A stretch of 64,000 nucleotides of DNA from Nitrospinales bacterium. Its GTDB lineage: Bacteria; Nitrospinota; Nitrospinia; Nitrospinales; VA-1. The notes under the pieces are model-generated. The model did no database searches and was not told the DNA's origin. It saw only the letters and a list, made by a program, of their open reading frames with translations. Of this stretch, positions 1 to 10,239 are shown piece after piece. Made by a program: the position numbers and the translations under genes. Position 1 is the stretch's first letter; every line of letters begins with the position of its first letter. Location of the stretch: contig OZ253496.1 in the NCBI GenBank assembly GCA_965262115.1, forward strand, positions 992,001 to 1,056,000, written 5' to 3'.

Positions 1-2698
1 AGCGGCGCTGCTGTTACTCTCCCTGCGCTCACCGGTCAGGTTCAGGTCAAACAACGCATCAAGCTCCCACCTCATCCCCAGGCGGTAACTGCTGGAAGAG
101 CCGCTGAGAGTCATCTCACTGTAGGGAGTCAGCAATCCCCGTCCGCCGGGAGCCGTCAGCCCGTAACCAAGACGGGCGTCCAGCCGTGCGCCGACATCCC
201 GGTCATCACTGATCTCGTCACGCAGACCCTCCTGCCATAGCTTTTGCGTGCCACTGCCTGTGCTGCCGTAACCGGGACTCAGGCTGAACGACAGTCCCCG
301 TCCGTTTTTGCCCTGTTCCAGAAGAATCAGGCCGGAAACGCCCCATTCCTCATAATTGTCCCGTCCCACCAGAGTCCGCGCCCTGCCTTCCAGGGTCAGG
401 CCGGCGATCGGATCGGTGTAGCGGAAACCGGCGCCCAGCTCGGCCCCGAAACCGGTTTCGCCGTCACCGCCGTCATACCGCACTCCGGCCTCCAGGCTTG
501 GCTCCACATAAGCCTTGTCAGACAGCATATGCTTATGGGCCCCTTCCAGAACCATGCGAAACAAGTGGGCCTCCACATCCAGCGCTTCTATGTCATCTCT
601 GCCCTCCACTTCCAGTTCCGTCAGCAGGGCCGAACCCTTGAGATGGAACGTGATCAATCCTGTCTGCGGCAACTGATAATCACCGCCCGCACTCACAGTC
701 CGCGTCTCGACATCGCTCGATACACGGTCCAGCCCGTCATTGGCGATCTCAAGATCGCCCCAGCCGTAGCCGGCAGTGGCCCACAGGTCCAACTGTCCGG
801 CCAGCGCTTCCCATCTCACATAAGGGTGGATGCTGGTAATATCCAGCTTGTGATCGCCTTTGCGTTGGGGATCCTGAAAGTAAAGATCCTCCCTCTCGTA
901 GTCAAGGTCGCTCTGGCTCCAGGATACCGCCAGGCCGATCAGCAGGTCGTCGCGCGGTTGGGCGTCCAGTCCCAGATGGGCGCTGAACAGGTCGCCGTCA
1001 AAGTTCACGCTCCCGCCGGAACCTTCGAAGCTGCGGTAGCCGCCCCCGCCCCAGAAAGTCAGGGAGGACAGGACTCCGCTACCCATGCCGTCCACATTAT
1101 TCAGCGGCAGTACGAAGTCAGAGTTGCCCAGTACATCCTTCAGACTCAGCGTGCCATCGGCAACGGTCTGCCCGTAGGCAGATGCCGCCCCGGCCAGTGT
1201 GGACTGCCCGGCGATAGTGACGGATCGGGTCGTGCTATTCCCGGCCTGCCCGATACGTTCTGTTATCGCACCCACCGTCTGGTCTGCTATGGCACGCGCC
1301 ACTTCCGGCAGGACCGCGTTATTGAGGTCGGCAAACCCTGCTTCCGTAGCGTTGACCGTGACCGTGAAGGCCACACCCCTGCTGGCACCGTTGGCATCGG
1401 TGACCGTGTAGGTCAGCTCGGTGACCGCCCTATTCTGCGTGTAGCTCTGGTTTGATGCATTCAGGGTCAGCGCGGGAACGAATGTAATGATTACAGGTCC
1501 TGTTCGAATAGATACGTTACCTCCAACATCAGTTGCAACTGCAGTAAATGAGTTGTCACCTTCATTTAATGTCACATCAAAACTCCAATTACCATCACTG
1601 TCAGGTGATGTACCACCAAGTAATATGAAATAATTGTGTAGTGTAATTGTCTTTACACCAGTTGAAGTACCCTCAATTGTAAATGATGATTCAGTGACAG
1701 TAGTTGGTGTAGTAGATGGTGTGGTAAATACCGGAATAGCAACTGGAGGGGCGCGTAGTGTAATGATTATAATTTCTGATCCACAAGATTCACCTACAGT
1801 ATCAGCTACAGTGGCAGAAAACGTATTTTGGCCAACAGCTAGCGTTGCATCAATACTAAAAGTCCCATCAGAGCCAACTGTTATTGGAGCGAAAACAAGT
1901 GCATTTTGAGTTAGTGTTAGAATAGAGCCAGGTTGTGCGGTACCTATGATTGTTGTAGCACTGTCATCTACAGGGGTAGTTGTTTGTACCAATACAGGAG
2001 GGGCAGGAGATAAATCAAGGGTAATAGTTATTTCATTATGAAGTAACAAAATTACCACCATTTATTGCATCTACAGTAAATATATTCTCACCCTCAATTA
2101 ATGGTATAGTAAAATTCCAGTTGCCATCACTGTCAGGACTTGTAGTTAAATCAGCAAATATTCCTCCTTTGTACAGACTAATTGTATTTGCATGAGTTGA
2201 AGTACCCTCAATTGTAAATGATGGTGATGGAATAGTACAAGACGATATAACAGTAGAAGATAGTGTAGTAATTGCTACAGAAGTTACAGGCAAGTTTACT
2301 GTAATAGTTACAGAATATGATTTGGCAGATTCGTTGCCAAACTTGTCAGTAACAGTGAATATGTTTTTCACTCCATGAACCAGTGTATCATCACTAGTTA
2401 ATATTACATCAATTTCCCAATTGCCATCAGCACCAAGGGATACAGTGGAAACAGTAAGTATTCCTCCTTTGTATAGATTTATTGTTTCTGCATCATTTGA
2501 AGTGCCACGAATTGTGAATGGTCCTAGTTCGTTGGTAAGAGTATCTGAGGTGGTAATTGTAGGAGCTGGAGGTGAGGTTTGCGCCCATGCTGTGGATGCC
2601 AGCCCGATCAACAAGCCCATCACAACCAACAGTCTCAGCAAAAGAAGAGTGCCAAGACTATAAGAAATAGTTTTCACACCGCGAATTTTTTTGGACAT
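1..2698 (-). pseudogene. Autotransporter/adhesin: signal peptide, Ig-like repeats and C-terminal beta-barrel; split by a 1-nt frameshift at ~2038; 3' end runs off the window
   Basis: ORF 2698..2036 has a signal peptide (LLVVMGLLIGLASTAWAQT) and Ig-like repeats (FTIEGTS...DGNW.F...EGENIFTV). Manual translation continues in another frame from ~2037 (NEITITLDLSPAPP...) with no stop down to base 1. It passes more Ig repeats and barrel-type motifs (FWGGGGYRSF, FSAHLGLD, HPYVRW, WATAGYGWG, GVRYDGGDGETGFGAELGAG, LLTPYSE). Confidence 0.85.
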
Positions 2699-2717
2699 AG
2701 ATTCATACCTAAGTTAA

Positions 2718-3066
2718 TTAGTCGTCCCTGAAAAACCTGGTTTTTCACGAGACAGAGTTAAGAGTAGCGGTATTTTTTATGCCGCAACCGTCTGAAAACG
2801 TGTTTTGAGCATTCGCCAAAAAAGAAACAATAAGAAAGCTCTGAGGAGCTTTCGGATATTGTGTCCTGCTCCGCACAGGATGTCTTTCGTTACACAAAAA
2901 ATCCAGACGCACCGAATACAATTCGCCTTGCGTATCTCGTGGTTTTGCCTGCATAAATCCTCCAGCTTTTGAGCGTTATTGCCACTTTCCCTGCAATTTT
3001 ACAACACTCAGAACCCTTCTTCACCCTTTATTTACAGGCTCTGGAGACTTTTTCAGGGGCGACTAC
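2718..3066 (-). mobile_element. Internally deleted IS5-family element (non-autonomous, MITE-like)
   Basis: 17-bp terminal inverted repeats TAGTCGTCCCTGAAAAA (2719-2735) and TTTTTCAGGGGCGACTA (3049-3065), 1 mismatch, flanked by TTAA/TTAG. The transposase N-terminus (MQAKPRDTQGELYSVRLDFLCNERHP) is fused out of frame to its C-terminus (LCGAGHNIRKLLRAF...VAA*). Confidence 0.85.
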
Positions 3067-3333
3067 TTAGCTTTAGACTCTACATTTAACAAACTTTGAC
3101 CTTTGTAGCATCATAGGCATGTCTTTACAAGCGATCCTGCTATTTTATATGCCTTTTATATTGGGGGGGCATCCCCTTTTAAAACAAGCTCTTTCTCCGG
3201 CATAAGCATGTCTCCTGTTTTATGATGTCAGTCCTGATTTTACAAGTAGGGATTATAAATCACCCCAGCCCCTCGTGATGTTTGACTCTGGCCTTCATGC
3301 CCGGCACGGGTAGGGTACTTTGAAGAGAGGCAT

Positions 3334-4671
3334 TTAGGAATATTCGATGTGCAGGCGGTAGATGAGGCCGGTGGGGTTGTCCCCGGTATCTTTGGCATCG
3401 GGCCGGGCATAGCTGATCAGCTCGAAGCTAATGGTGTTTTCCCCGTCCTGGACATACTGGTCGATGTCGATCAAAAACGGATCGGGGTATTCCGCCCCGC
3501 CATATTCCTGCTTGAGACTGACGCTGTTCACCGAGATATGGCAGGTATCGTCCGAGCGAAGCAGAATTTCAGCCCGGCGGATGACGTTGGGATTGTTGCT
3601 AGTAAGATCAAACTTGAAGCGGAATTTATGCTGGCTTCCAGTTTTGGATTCTTCCAGCGAAACGGTTTCGCGGACCCACACCCACTGACCTCCCTTGATA
3701 CCGCGCCAACCGTTTCCCATCTGGCAAACGGAAGCTTTTTCCCAAGTTTCCGATTCCGTATCGTAATATTCGGTCTCAATCCCACTGGCCAACACAAGTG
3801 TTTTGGTCTTGGCGGAAGTGGGGTCATCCGCTTCCATATCCACAGGATAACTTGCCTCCCACATAACTTCATTCATCTCTTTCCAATAATCGAACATGCC
3901 CTTCTTTTTTTTGATCACCAGCATACTCGGCCTCGGGGTGCTACGGCCCAGATAAGGCCCGATGTCGGCAACGATCACCCCCGAAGAACGCTCCGGATCG
4001 ATCGATATAAAAGAATGCGAAGGAATGAAGTCATAACTGTGGACGATCAGTTTTCCTTTATTTCCGGGCGGACTCTCCTGCTGAATTTCATTGTGGAGTT
4101 TCTGCAATAAAAGCAGGGAAGTTTTTATTTCATTCAAAAACGTGTGTTTGCCTCCACCCTGCCGGGTGATCAACTCCACCACCGGAGAGTTGGGGTCCAT
4201 GAGCAATAAGCGGATTTTAATTCCGCTTAATACTTTTTCCTTGATCAATTCGCGGCTTGCAGTCGAGATCGATAATAAGGAAGAACCGCCAATGAAAATT
4301 TCTTCTTTAACATTTTCGAATAACGCCTCAAAAGAGGTGGCCTGAGCAAGTTCGGAGCGGTTTTTGTAGATACCCTGAATGCCCAGGCGAACCGCATCGG
4401 GGTTGACGATTTCCTTCAACGCTTCCTTATATTCGTTGAAGGTCAGCTCCCTCAGAAAAACTTCATAACCCAACGAGATCACCCCGATCAGCGAAATCAA
4501 CAGCGAAAATTCCCGAACCGGATGAAACCAGATGCTTTGTTCGTCAAATAATTTGTCCGCACCGATATAGCCCACAGCACCTATCACGAATATTCCCACT
4601 GCCAGGAAAAGTATCCGGTCGCGCACCCATTGGCGAATATTCAACCCGCTGTTTTTTACGGCTTTAGTCAT
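3334..4671 (-). CDS. Hypothetical membrane protein: 2 TM helices, DUF5919/PLD-like alpha/beta domain, C-terminal galactose-binding-like beta-sandwich
   Basis: Long ORF. The likely start is MTKAVK at 4671, since the upstream extension runs through palindromic repeats. Motifs EIFIGGSSL...IRLLLMDPNS and LRSDDTCHISVN...GENTISF...NPTGL. Confidence 0.7.
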   Translation of the reverse strand: MTKAVKNSGLNIRQWVRDRILFLAVGIFVIGAVGYIGADKLFDEQSIWFHPVREFSLLISLIGVISLGYEVFLRELTFNEYKEALKEIVNPDAVRLGIQGIYKNRSELAQATSFEALFENVKEEIFIGGSSLLSISTASRELIKEKVLSGIKIRLLLMDPNSPVVELITRQGGGKHTFLNEIKTSLLLLQKLHNEIQQESPPGNKGKLIVHSYDFIPSHSFISIDPERSSGVIVADIGPYLGRSTPRPSMLVIKKKKGMFDYWKEMNEVMWEASYPVDMEADDPTSAKTKTLVLASGIETEYYDTESETWEKASVCQMGNGWRGIKGGQWVWVRETVSLEESKTGSQHKFRFKFDLTSNNPNVIRRAEILLRSDDTCHISVNSVSLKQEYGGAEYPDPFLIDIDQYVQDGENTISFELISYARPDAKDTGDNPTGLIYRLHIEYS

Positions 4672-5127
4672 AACTTTAAATACTGACCGGGCCACGCCCG
4701 GTGGGAACAGGCTCCACGCCTTCGGCGGTCGCATTGGCAACACCATCTCATTTACCCCTTCGGGGCACGAATGCTGAGGAAGAATGCCACGGTCACCGGC
4801 GGTCACGCCAGCTTACCCGCCTGAGAAAATTATTGTTCATTAGAGTCCAGCGTAACGCTGGCGTTGATATTACAGGATAAACGAGTGTTTCACAATTCCG
4901 TTTTCTTTACACTTTTACAACAATCGTGTTAGGGGGTGATTAGTCCGCACATTGTATGAGAGTTTCTAAATCACCCCAGCTACCCCATTCGGGGCATGAA
5001 GGCAAGGGAAGAGGATATAACTGGGGTTGGGGGGATTTGCTTTTTCTGTCTGAAAAAAAATGAAGAGATATCACGCGTGCCCCGCAGGGGTAAAAAGCTA
5101 TTGCAGTAGCCACCGGCCGCTGGCCGG

Positions 5128-7425
5128 CTAGCTCAGGCCGGACTTTCGCCGCAGATACCAGTCCATCACCAAAAAGCCGACCACCAGGCTATAGGCCCAC
5201 CAGTTATCCCAAAGCGAAAAAGACCGGCTATGACTGTTTACCTGCACATCCGGGTTGGCAAATTTGTATGAACTGAGGTCATCACTGCCATTGAGGAGAT
5301 GGTACCTGCCATCGGTGATTTCGGAAATCTTTTTCAGCAGGGTTTCATTGACCAGAGGCTTTTCAAGTTCCGCTGTATCCTTTAATACAGAGAACATGAT
5401 TTCCTCCGTCAAAGATTCACCCTCCAAATCAGTCTGGATCCTGACGGTATAAAACCCTTCTCCGTCAGGAAGAAACGGAAAGAACCCTTCGCCATACTCA
5501 TCGGTTTTCAATTCCGTTTCCATGCCAGATTCTGTCCTGAGCGGTGTCAAGGTCAGTTGCGCCGTCACATCGACCGCTGGTTGGTAATTCTTTTGCAATA
5601 ACTTGAACTTTATCAGGACCTGTTCGCCTTCCCGGTACCGCTCTTTATCGGACTCCAATTGCAGACGCCGTGTTTCCGGTTCGGCGATCAGCCAGTCAAT
5701 GACATTATTCCAGAATCTTTGGAAATACCTTCCACTGCCCCCACTACCCACATTCCTGAAATTCCAGTTCCATACCGAATCGGTAGCCAGCAGAGCGGTT
5801 CGCCCACTGCCGAAATTTCCAGCAATCAAAATGGGAATTACGGATTCTTTTTCCTTGGCATACGAGGCCAGAACGTGCGCGTTCTTGTCCGGATGCAATC
5901 CCATGTTCATTCCCTGAAGCGGAGGAAGCGACTGCCATACCTCTTGATTAAGGGCCATATCCTTCTCCAGACGCAGAATGGGGTGCCGGGAAAATTCCTT
6001 GTTCAGGACAGGGTGAAACGGCTTGTCCACAAAGGGCCGAGAGTTATTCTTAAAACTCACCGGCAGGATTTCTTCAATCGGAGTCCGTGAATAGCCCCCG
6101 CCCTGGAATGAAAGTTCACCGCCAATCATCAAAAATGCGCCGCCGTTCTTGACGTATTTTCGGATATTACTCAAATACCTCTTGTCGATAAGCGGATCGT
6201 ATTTGAAGTTCTGAAAAATAATCAGGTCAAAAGAACTCAAATAATCGTCAAACAAAAGGTTGGAGGGAAAAGGGATCAAACTAAGCTCCGAAATCGAAGC
6301 CTCCACATCATCTCCCAGGTTCCTGAGAATAAAAAATGACAGCATATCCACCTTCGGGTTGTGAGCAAGAACCTCGCGTAGATACCGGGAGTCCCACGAC
6401 GGGCGGCCGTTGAGGTGCAGAACACGGATCCTGTCCCGCACCACATTTATCTCAAATTCTTTTTCATTGTTGGTATGAATGAACTCTCCCGCAAACTTGG
6501 GCAGGCTGAGGCTATAAATTCTTTTGCCCGCCTTTTGGGGCGTGAACTCCAACTCTACTTCAAACCGTTTCGTGTCTTCCCGCACTTCAATGATCTTTGA
6601 AACCAGGATATGGTCACCCTCTTTCAAAACCAGATGGATGTTGCGGTTACCCAGCGATGAGGAAAACACAGTGAGGGAGATTCTGAGAGGCTGTTGCACA
6701 AACCCGAAATCCGCTGCCGAGACCGCTTCGATAGCCAGGTCTTTAAAGCCTTCGTTGCTCCCGGCCTGCAGGGTGTGAATCGGGCTTCCCAAGGCCTTCA
6801 GTCGCCCCACCAGGTTTCTTGAAATTTCACCGGACTCCTGAGTTAAATCTGCACCGTCCGAGAACAGCAATACGCCTTGAAGCGATGGCCCCGGGTAACG
6901 CCCGGCCAACTCGTCGAACACCCGGGCCAGATCGGTAAAGGGTCGATACGGCCGGTAAAGGTTTTCAACTGCCCCTGCCCCCACCTTTTCTATATCATCA
7001 GAGAAAAAATAATAATCCACATTGAAATCTTTTCCCAGGTTTTCAAGATAAGAAGCGTTGGCCTTTAAAGCTTTTTTTACCAGATCAATCCTTGGAGACT
7101 CATCGGTTTTTATGGAAAGACTTTTACTGTTATCGAGCAGAACCGCTATGGAGTTTTTGAGGGGCTGGCTTTTGCGGAACTCCAGTTCAGGCTTTAACAC
7201 GATCAGCAGCAAAAGCGCGAACGCCGCCGACCTGAGCACGAAGAGAAGAAGTTTTCTCGACCGGGAGCCAACCCGATTCAAACTGGTCCAGAAAAACCAG
7301 AGCGCAACGGGAATCACAATGCCAAGGACGGCGAAGATCAACACCGGGTCTTCGGGCGACCAACGCAATTGCCATTGATTATAGACTTCAGGGTCGACCC
7401 CCAGTAATTTTGCCAGCCTGTTCAT
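5128..7425 (-). CDS. VWA / class I glutamine amidotransferase-like (DUF1355-type) membrane protein
   Basis: N-terminal TM segments, VLLDNSKSL (MIDAS-like), LLFSDGAD, GRPSWDSRYL, GGAFLMIGG and C-terminal W(Y)LRRKSGL. Confidence 0.75.
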   Translation of the reverse strand: MNRLAKLLGVDPEVYNQWQLRWSPEDPVLIFAVLGIVIPVALWFFWTSLNRVGSRSRKLLLFVLRSAAFALLLLIVLKPELEFRKSQPLKNSIAVLLDNSKSLSIKTDESPRIDLVKKALKANASYLENLGKDFNVDYYFFSDDIEKVGAGAVENLYRPYRPFTDLARVFDELAGRYPGPSLQGVLLFSDGADLTQESGEISRNLVGRLKALGSPIHTLQAGSNEGFKDLAIEAVSAADFGFVQQPLRISLTVFSSSLGNRNIHLVLKEGDHILVSKIIEVREDTKRFEVELEFTPQKAGKRIYSLSLPKFAGEFIHTNNEKEFEINVVRDRIRVLHLNGRPSWDSRYLREVLAHNPKVDMLSFFILRNLGDDVEASISELSLIPFPSNLLFDDYLSSFDLIIFQNFKYDPLIDKRYLSNIRKYVKNGGAFLMIGGELSFQGGGYSRTPIEEILPVSFKNNSRPFVDKPFHPVLNKEFSRHPILRLEKDMALNQEVWQSLPPLQGMNMGLHPDKNAHVLASYAKEKESVIPILIAGNFGSGRTALLATDSVWNWNFRNVGSGGSGRYFQRFWNNVIDWLIAEPETRRLQLESDKERYREGEQVLIKFKLLQKNYQPAVDVTAQLTLTPLRTESGMETELKTDEYGEGFFPFLPDGEGFYTVRIQTDLEGESLTEEIMFSVLKDTAELEKPLVNETLLKKISEITDGRYHLLNGSDDLSSYKFANPDVQVNSHSRSFSLWDNWWAYSLVVGFLVMDWYLRRKSGLS

Positions 7426-8222
7426 TTGGGATTGTACCTGCGCAAACGTTCAAGAATAATGGGTAAATGCACCATGTCCTTTTTATAGTCCAGAGTCAGC
7501 GCATACATGATGATATTAATGCCCAGGCGGATGGCAAGTTGCCTTTGCCTGTACCCTCCCGCAATCACATCATAATTCCAATGGCCCAGCTTATTGCGTG
7601 ACCAGGCGCCTCCCTGATCGTTGGAACTGTAAATCAGGACGGTCCTCCCTTTAATAGATATTCCTTCCAGATAGGACTTGATGATGGATCGACCGGACAC
7701 GGTATTGAGCAAATAAAAAGAACGGAAAATGGAATGATCGCGTTGAATTCTTCTGAGCGGATTCTGCGGAAACAATGCCGATATCATTTTACGGACCGAA
7801 GTATCAAATGCAGAACCAGCCTGTGCAGAACTGTCATCAATAAAAAGAAACCCGCCATAGCTCAAATAATTCCGCAAAATTTTCAGGTCCTTTTCCGGGA
7901 ATGGATCGAACCCTTCATCGCCCCCCATATAGATGAATGGGTGGCGGAATAATTTGGGGTCGGAAACGTTCAACCCGACCGGCTCACGGTTGACTTCAAT
8001 GGATGTTCTGCGCGTGATCTGGGCAAGAAGGCTACGCAGGGCCTCCGGTCGGGGGTTGTCATTCCCTCCCTGATACATGATCCGGGGAAGAGTCAGGTTG
8101 GAGTAACCCGCCACAGCCGGGGAAATATTCTCTCCCCATGCGGCAAAAAACAGTACCAGTCCTAATATCGTTAAAAGTTTTCTCATCCATTTGAGTTTAA
8201 AACAGGTGGTACCGGGATACAA
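7422..8222 (-). CDS. DUF4159 domain protein
   Basis: HPFIYMGG, LRNYLSYGGFLFIDD, HSIFRSFY, GINIIMYALT motifs; 4-nt overlap with the downstream gene. Confidence 0.8.
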   Translation of the reverse strand: MYPGTTCFKLKWMRKLLTILGLVLFFAAWGENISPAVAGYSNLTLPRIMYQGGNDNPRPEALRSLLAQITRRTSIEVNREPVGLNVSDPKLFRHPFIYMGGDEGFDPFPEKDLKILRNYLSYGGFLFIDDSSAQAGSAFDTSVRKMISALFPQNPLRRIQRDHSIFRSFYLLNTVSGRSIIKSYLEGISIKGRTVLIYSSNDQGGAWSRNKLGHWNYDVIAGGYRQRQLAIRLGINIIMYALTLDYKKDMVHLPIILERLRRYNPK

Positions 8223-8280
8223 GCAACCCCCCCCTTATCAGGGAGAGCTTTGCATAACCCCGAGAGAAAAACCAAAACCT

Positions 8281-8317
8281 GGATTGCCGCGTCGGCTAAA
8301 GCCTCCTCGCAAAGACG
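8281..8317 (-). repeat. CGTC-tagged palindromic REP-type repeat
   Basis: Minus strand CGTCTTTGCGAGGAGGCTTTAGCCGACGCGGCAATCC matches the familiar CGTCATTGCGAG...CGCGGCAATCC palindrome pattern. Confidence 0.6.
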
Positions 8318-8548
8318 GCAACCCTAAATCCCCCAGGCCTGTGCAAGGCGAGGTTCTTCGTTTGTTCAATACGCAAAGGTCTCCTTAATCAGGGAGACTT
8401 TAAATTCCCCTCCAGATAAGGAAAGGAGGGGTTGGGGAGGTTATTAGAAAAACCTTTGCCCTTTCATGAATAATTCGTTTTGCAGGTCAGAGCCCACTAG
8501 GATAAACTTGGATCGCATTTGATTGCCAACCTTTAGCAAATAAAACTT

Positions 8549-9628
8549 ATGCCACGAACTGTTTTGCTCAACCCCGGCCCGGTCAATGTGACCGATCGGG
8601 TCCGGCAGGCCTTAATGCTCCCCGATCTCTGCCACCGGGAGAAGGAATTTTCGGATATTATGGCAGCAATCCGCGTAAAATTACTCAAGGCTTTTGATAT
8701 CGAAGAGGACTATACATCCGTACTGGTTTCCGGGTCGGGAACAGCGGCGCTGGAGATGGCTGTCTCTTCCTCCCTGAGTCCGGGCCGGTCGATGCTGGTC
8801 ATCCAAAACGGGGTCTATGGCGAGCGCATCGGAAAAATCTGCGACGTTTATCAGTTCAACCGCCGCACCCTCGAGTTGAACTGGGGAGAACCGCCCCGTC
8901 TGGAGGACATTGAAAACGAGTTAAAACAAAATCCCGATATAGAAGTGGTGGCCCTGGTGCATCATGAAACGACAACCGGACTTCTCAATCCCTTAAAAGA
9001 AGTGGGTGAGCTGGCCCGGCGTTATGAAAAGATCTTTTTGGTGGACTGCATCAGCAGTCTGGCGGGAGATGAAATCGATTTCAAGTCCATTGATATTGCC
9101 GCAGGGACCGCCAACAAATGCATTCAGGGTTTTCCCGGAGTGGCATTTGTCCTGTTTCGGGAGAAAGAGTTGGACCGCTTGCGCAAAATTCCCGAGCGGA
9201 CGCTCTACTTCAACCTGACCGGTTACCACAAAGCCCAAGAGGCAGGCGACATGTTGTTCACTCCCGCGATCCCGGCCCATTACGCGCTGGATGTAGCGCT
9301 TGATGAACTGATTGAAGAAACCGTTGTCCGTCGGGTTGAGCGCTATGCCGAGGCAGCACGTTTTCTACGCGCCGGCTTTAAAGACATCGGCCTGGAATTT
9401 TTAATTCCTGAAGGGTGGCAAAGCAATTGCCTGACCGGACTTCGCCTGCCAAAAGGAGTGAGCTATGAAAAACTCCATGGAGAGTTGAAGGCCAGCGGTT
9501 TCGTCATCTATGCCGGGCAAGGCAATCTCAGTGATAATATTTTCCGCATCGCCAATATGGGAGATATCACCCAGGAAGAGTTTAAACGGTTCCTGCAGGT
9601 CCTGAAGAAAACGCTAACGACCTATTGA
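8549..9628 (+). CDS. phnW: 2-aminoethylphosphonate--pyruvate transaminase-like class V PLP aminotransferase
   Basis: LLNPGPV, SGSGTAALE, NGVYGER, VHHETTTG, DCISS, ANKCIQGFPG (PLP lysine) and GFVIYAG motifs. Confidence 0.75.
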   Translation: MPRTVLLNPGPVNVTDRVRQALMLPDLCHREKEFSDIMAAIRVKLLKAFDIEEDYTSVLVSGSGTAALEMAVSSSLSPGRSMLVIQNGVYGERIGKICDVYQFNRRTLELNWGEPPRLEDIENELKQNPDIEVVALVHHETTTGLLNPLKEVGELARRYEKIFLVDCISSLAGDEIDFKSIDIAAGTANKCIQGFPGVAFVLFREKELDRLRKIPERTLYFNLTGYHKAQEAGDMLFTPAIPAHYALDVALDELIEETVVRRVERYAEAARFLRAGFKDIGLEFLIPEGWQSNCLTGLRLPKGVSYEKLHGELKASGFVIYAGQGNLSDNIFRIANMGDITQEEFKRFLQVLKKTLTTY

Positions 9629-9683
9629 ATCAGGCTTCGAGCCCAAAAAAGCAGGTTTGAACATTTTTTGTCTACCAACCCCT

Positions 9684-9821
9684 CTAAAGGAAAACAAACA
9701 TAAGGAACAACAGAACCGCCATGCAAACCACAAAAATGACTCGTTGCCAGCTTGACAGGTGAGTGTCCTCTGGCCCTCAGCGCCCAGAAACTCCATGATG
9801 TGTGGCAAAATATATAGTCAT
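9684..9821 (-). pseudogene. Small single-TM protein with an in-frame TGA at codon 15
   Basis: Strong AGGAGG RBS before ATG at 9821; reads MTIYFATHHGVSGR*GPEDTHLSSWQRVIFVVCMAVLLFLMFVFL*. Confidence 0.45.
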
Positions 9822-9996
9822 GACAACCTCCTGATAGATAAAAGAAACCACACCCTCCCTATCTATATAGGTCGTTTGACTCGTGCAAATATTCCTGAAA
9901 ACCAGCTTTAATTAATGGAAAAAATTTATTGCGGCCCTATATTAATTATCAGGACAGAGGTTGATTTCACCTCATAACGAAGAGGGGGTGAGGAGG

Positions 9997-10206
9997 ATGT
10001 TTTACCCGGTCACTATTTATAATGCTGAAGGAAAAATTAAAAAGGTACTTTCAACGAAAATTTTACATGAAAGGCATTGGAGGCGATTCCACGAGACCCA
10101 AAGACTTTCGTCCATCACCAATAGCAGAAAATCCGAAAGGCCCAAGGGTTTGAAGGAGGAACTGGACCCGAAGTTTTCAGAAATTCCGGTTCGCCATCGT
10201 CATTAA
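9997..10206 (+). CDS. Small hypothetical protein (MFYPVTIYNAEGKIKKV...)
   Basis: AGGAGG immediately before ATG 9997; basic 69-aa ORF. Confidence 0.6.
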   Translation: MFYPVTIYNAEGKIKKVLSTKILHERHWRRFHETQRLSSITNSRKSERPKGLKEELDPKFSEIPVRHRH

Positions 10207-10239
10207 CCAGTGAGTGCTCTCAGGTACTTATTTAGGAGA

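Noticed and set aside
244..1455. 403-aa plus-strand ORF
   Set aside because: It is the codon-register antisense shadow of the minus-strand autotransporter, which the ORF track omits because it runs off the window.
4672..4806. N-terminal extension of the 490-aa ORF, or a glycine/fluoride riboswitch
   Set aside because: The extension runs through palindromic repeats. The riboswitch-like words (CCGAAG, CTCAGG) are in the wrong order for a glycine aptamer, and the fluoride consensus is incomplete.
9777..9779. Selenocysteine readthrough at the in-frame TGA
   Set aside because: No redox motif context and no evident SECIS; a CGA>TGA nonsense change is simpler.
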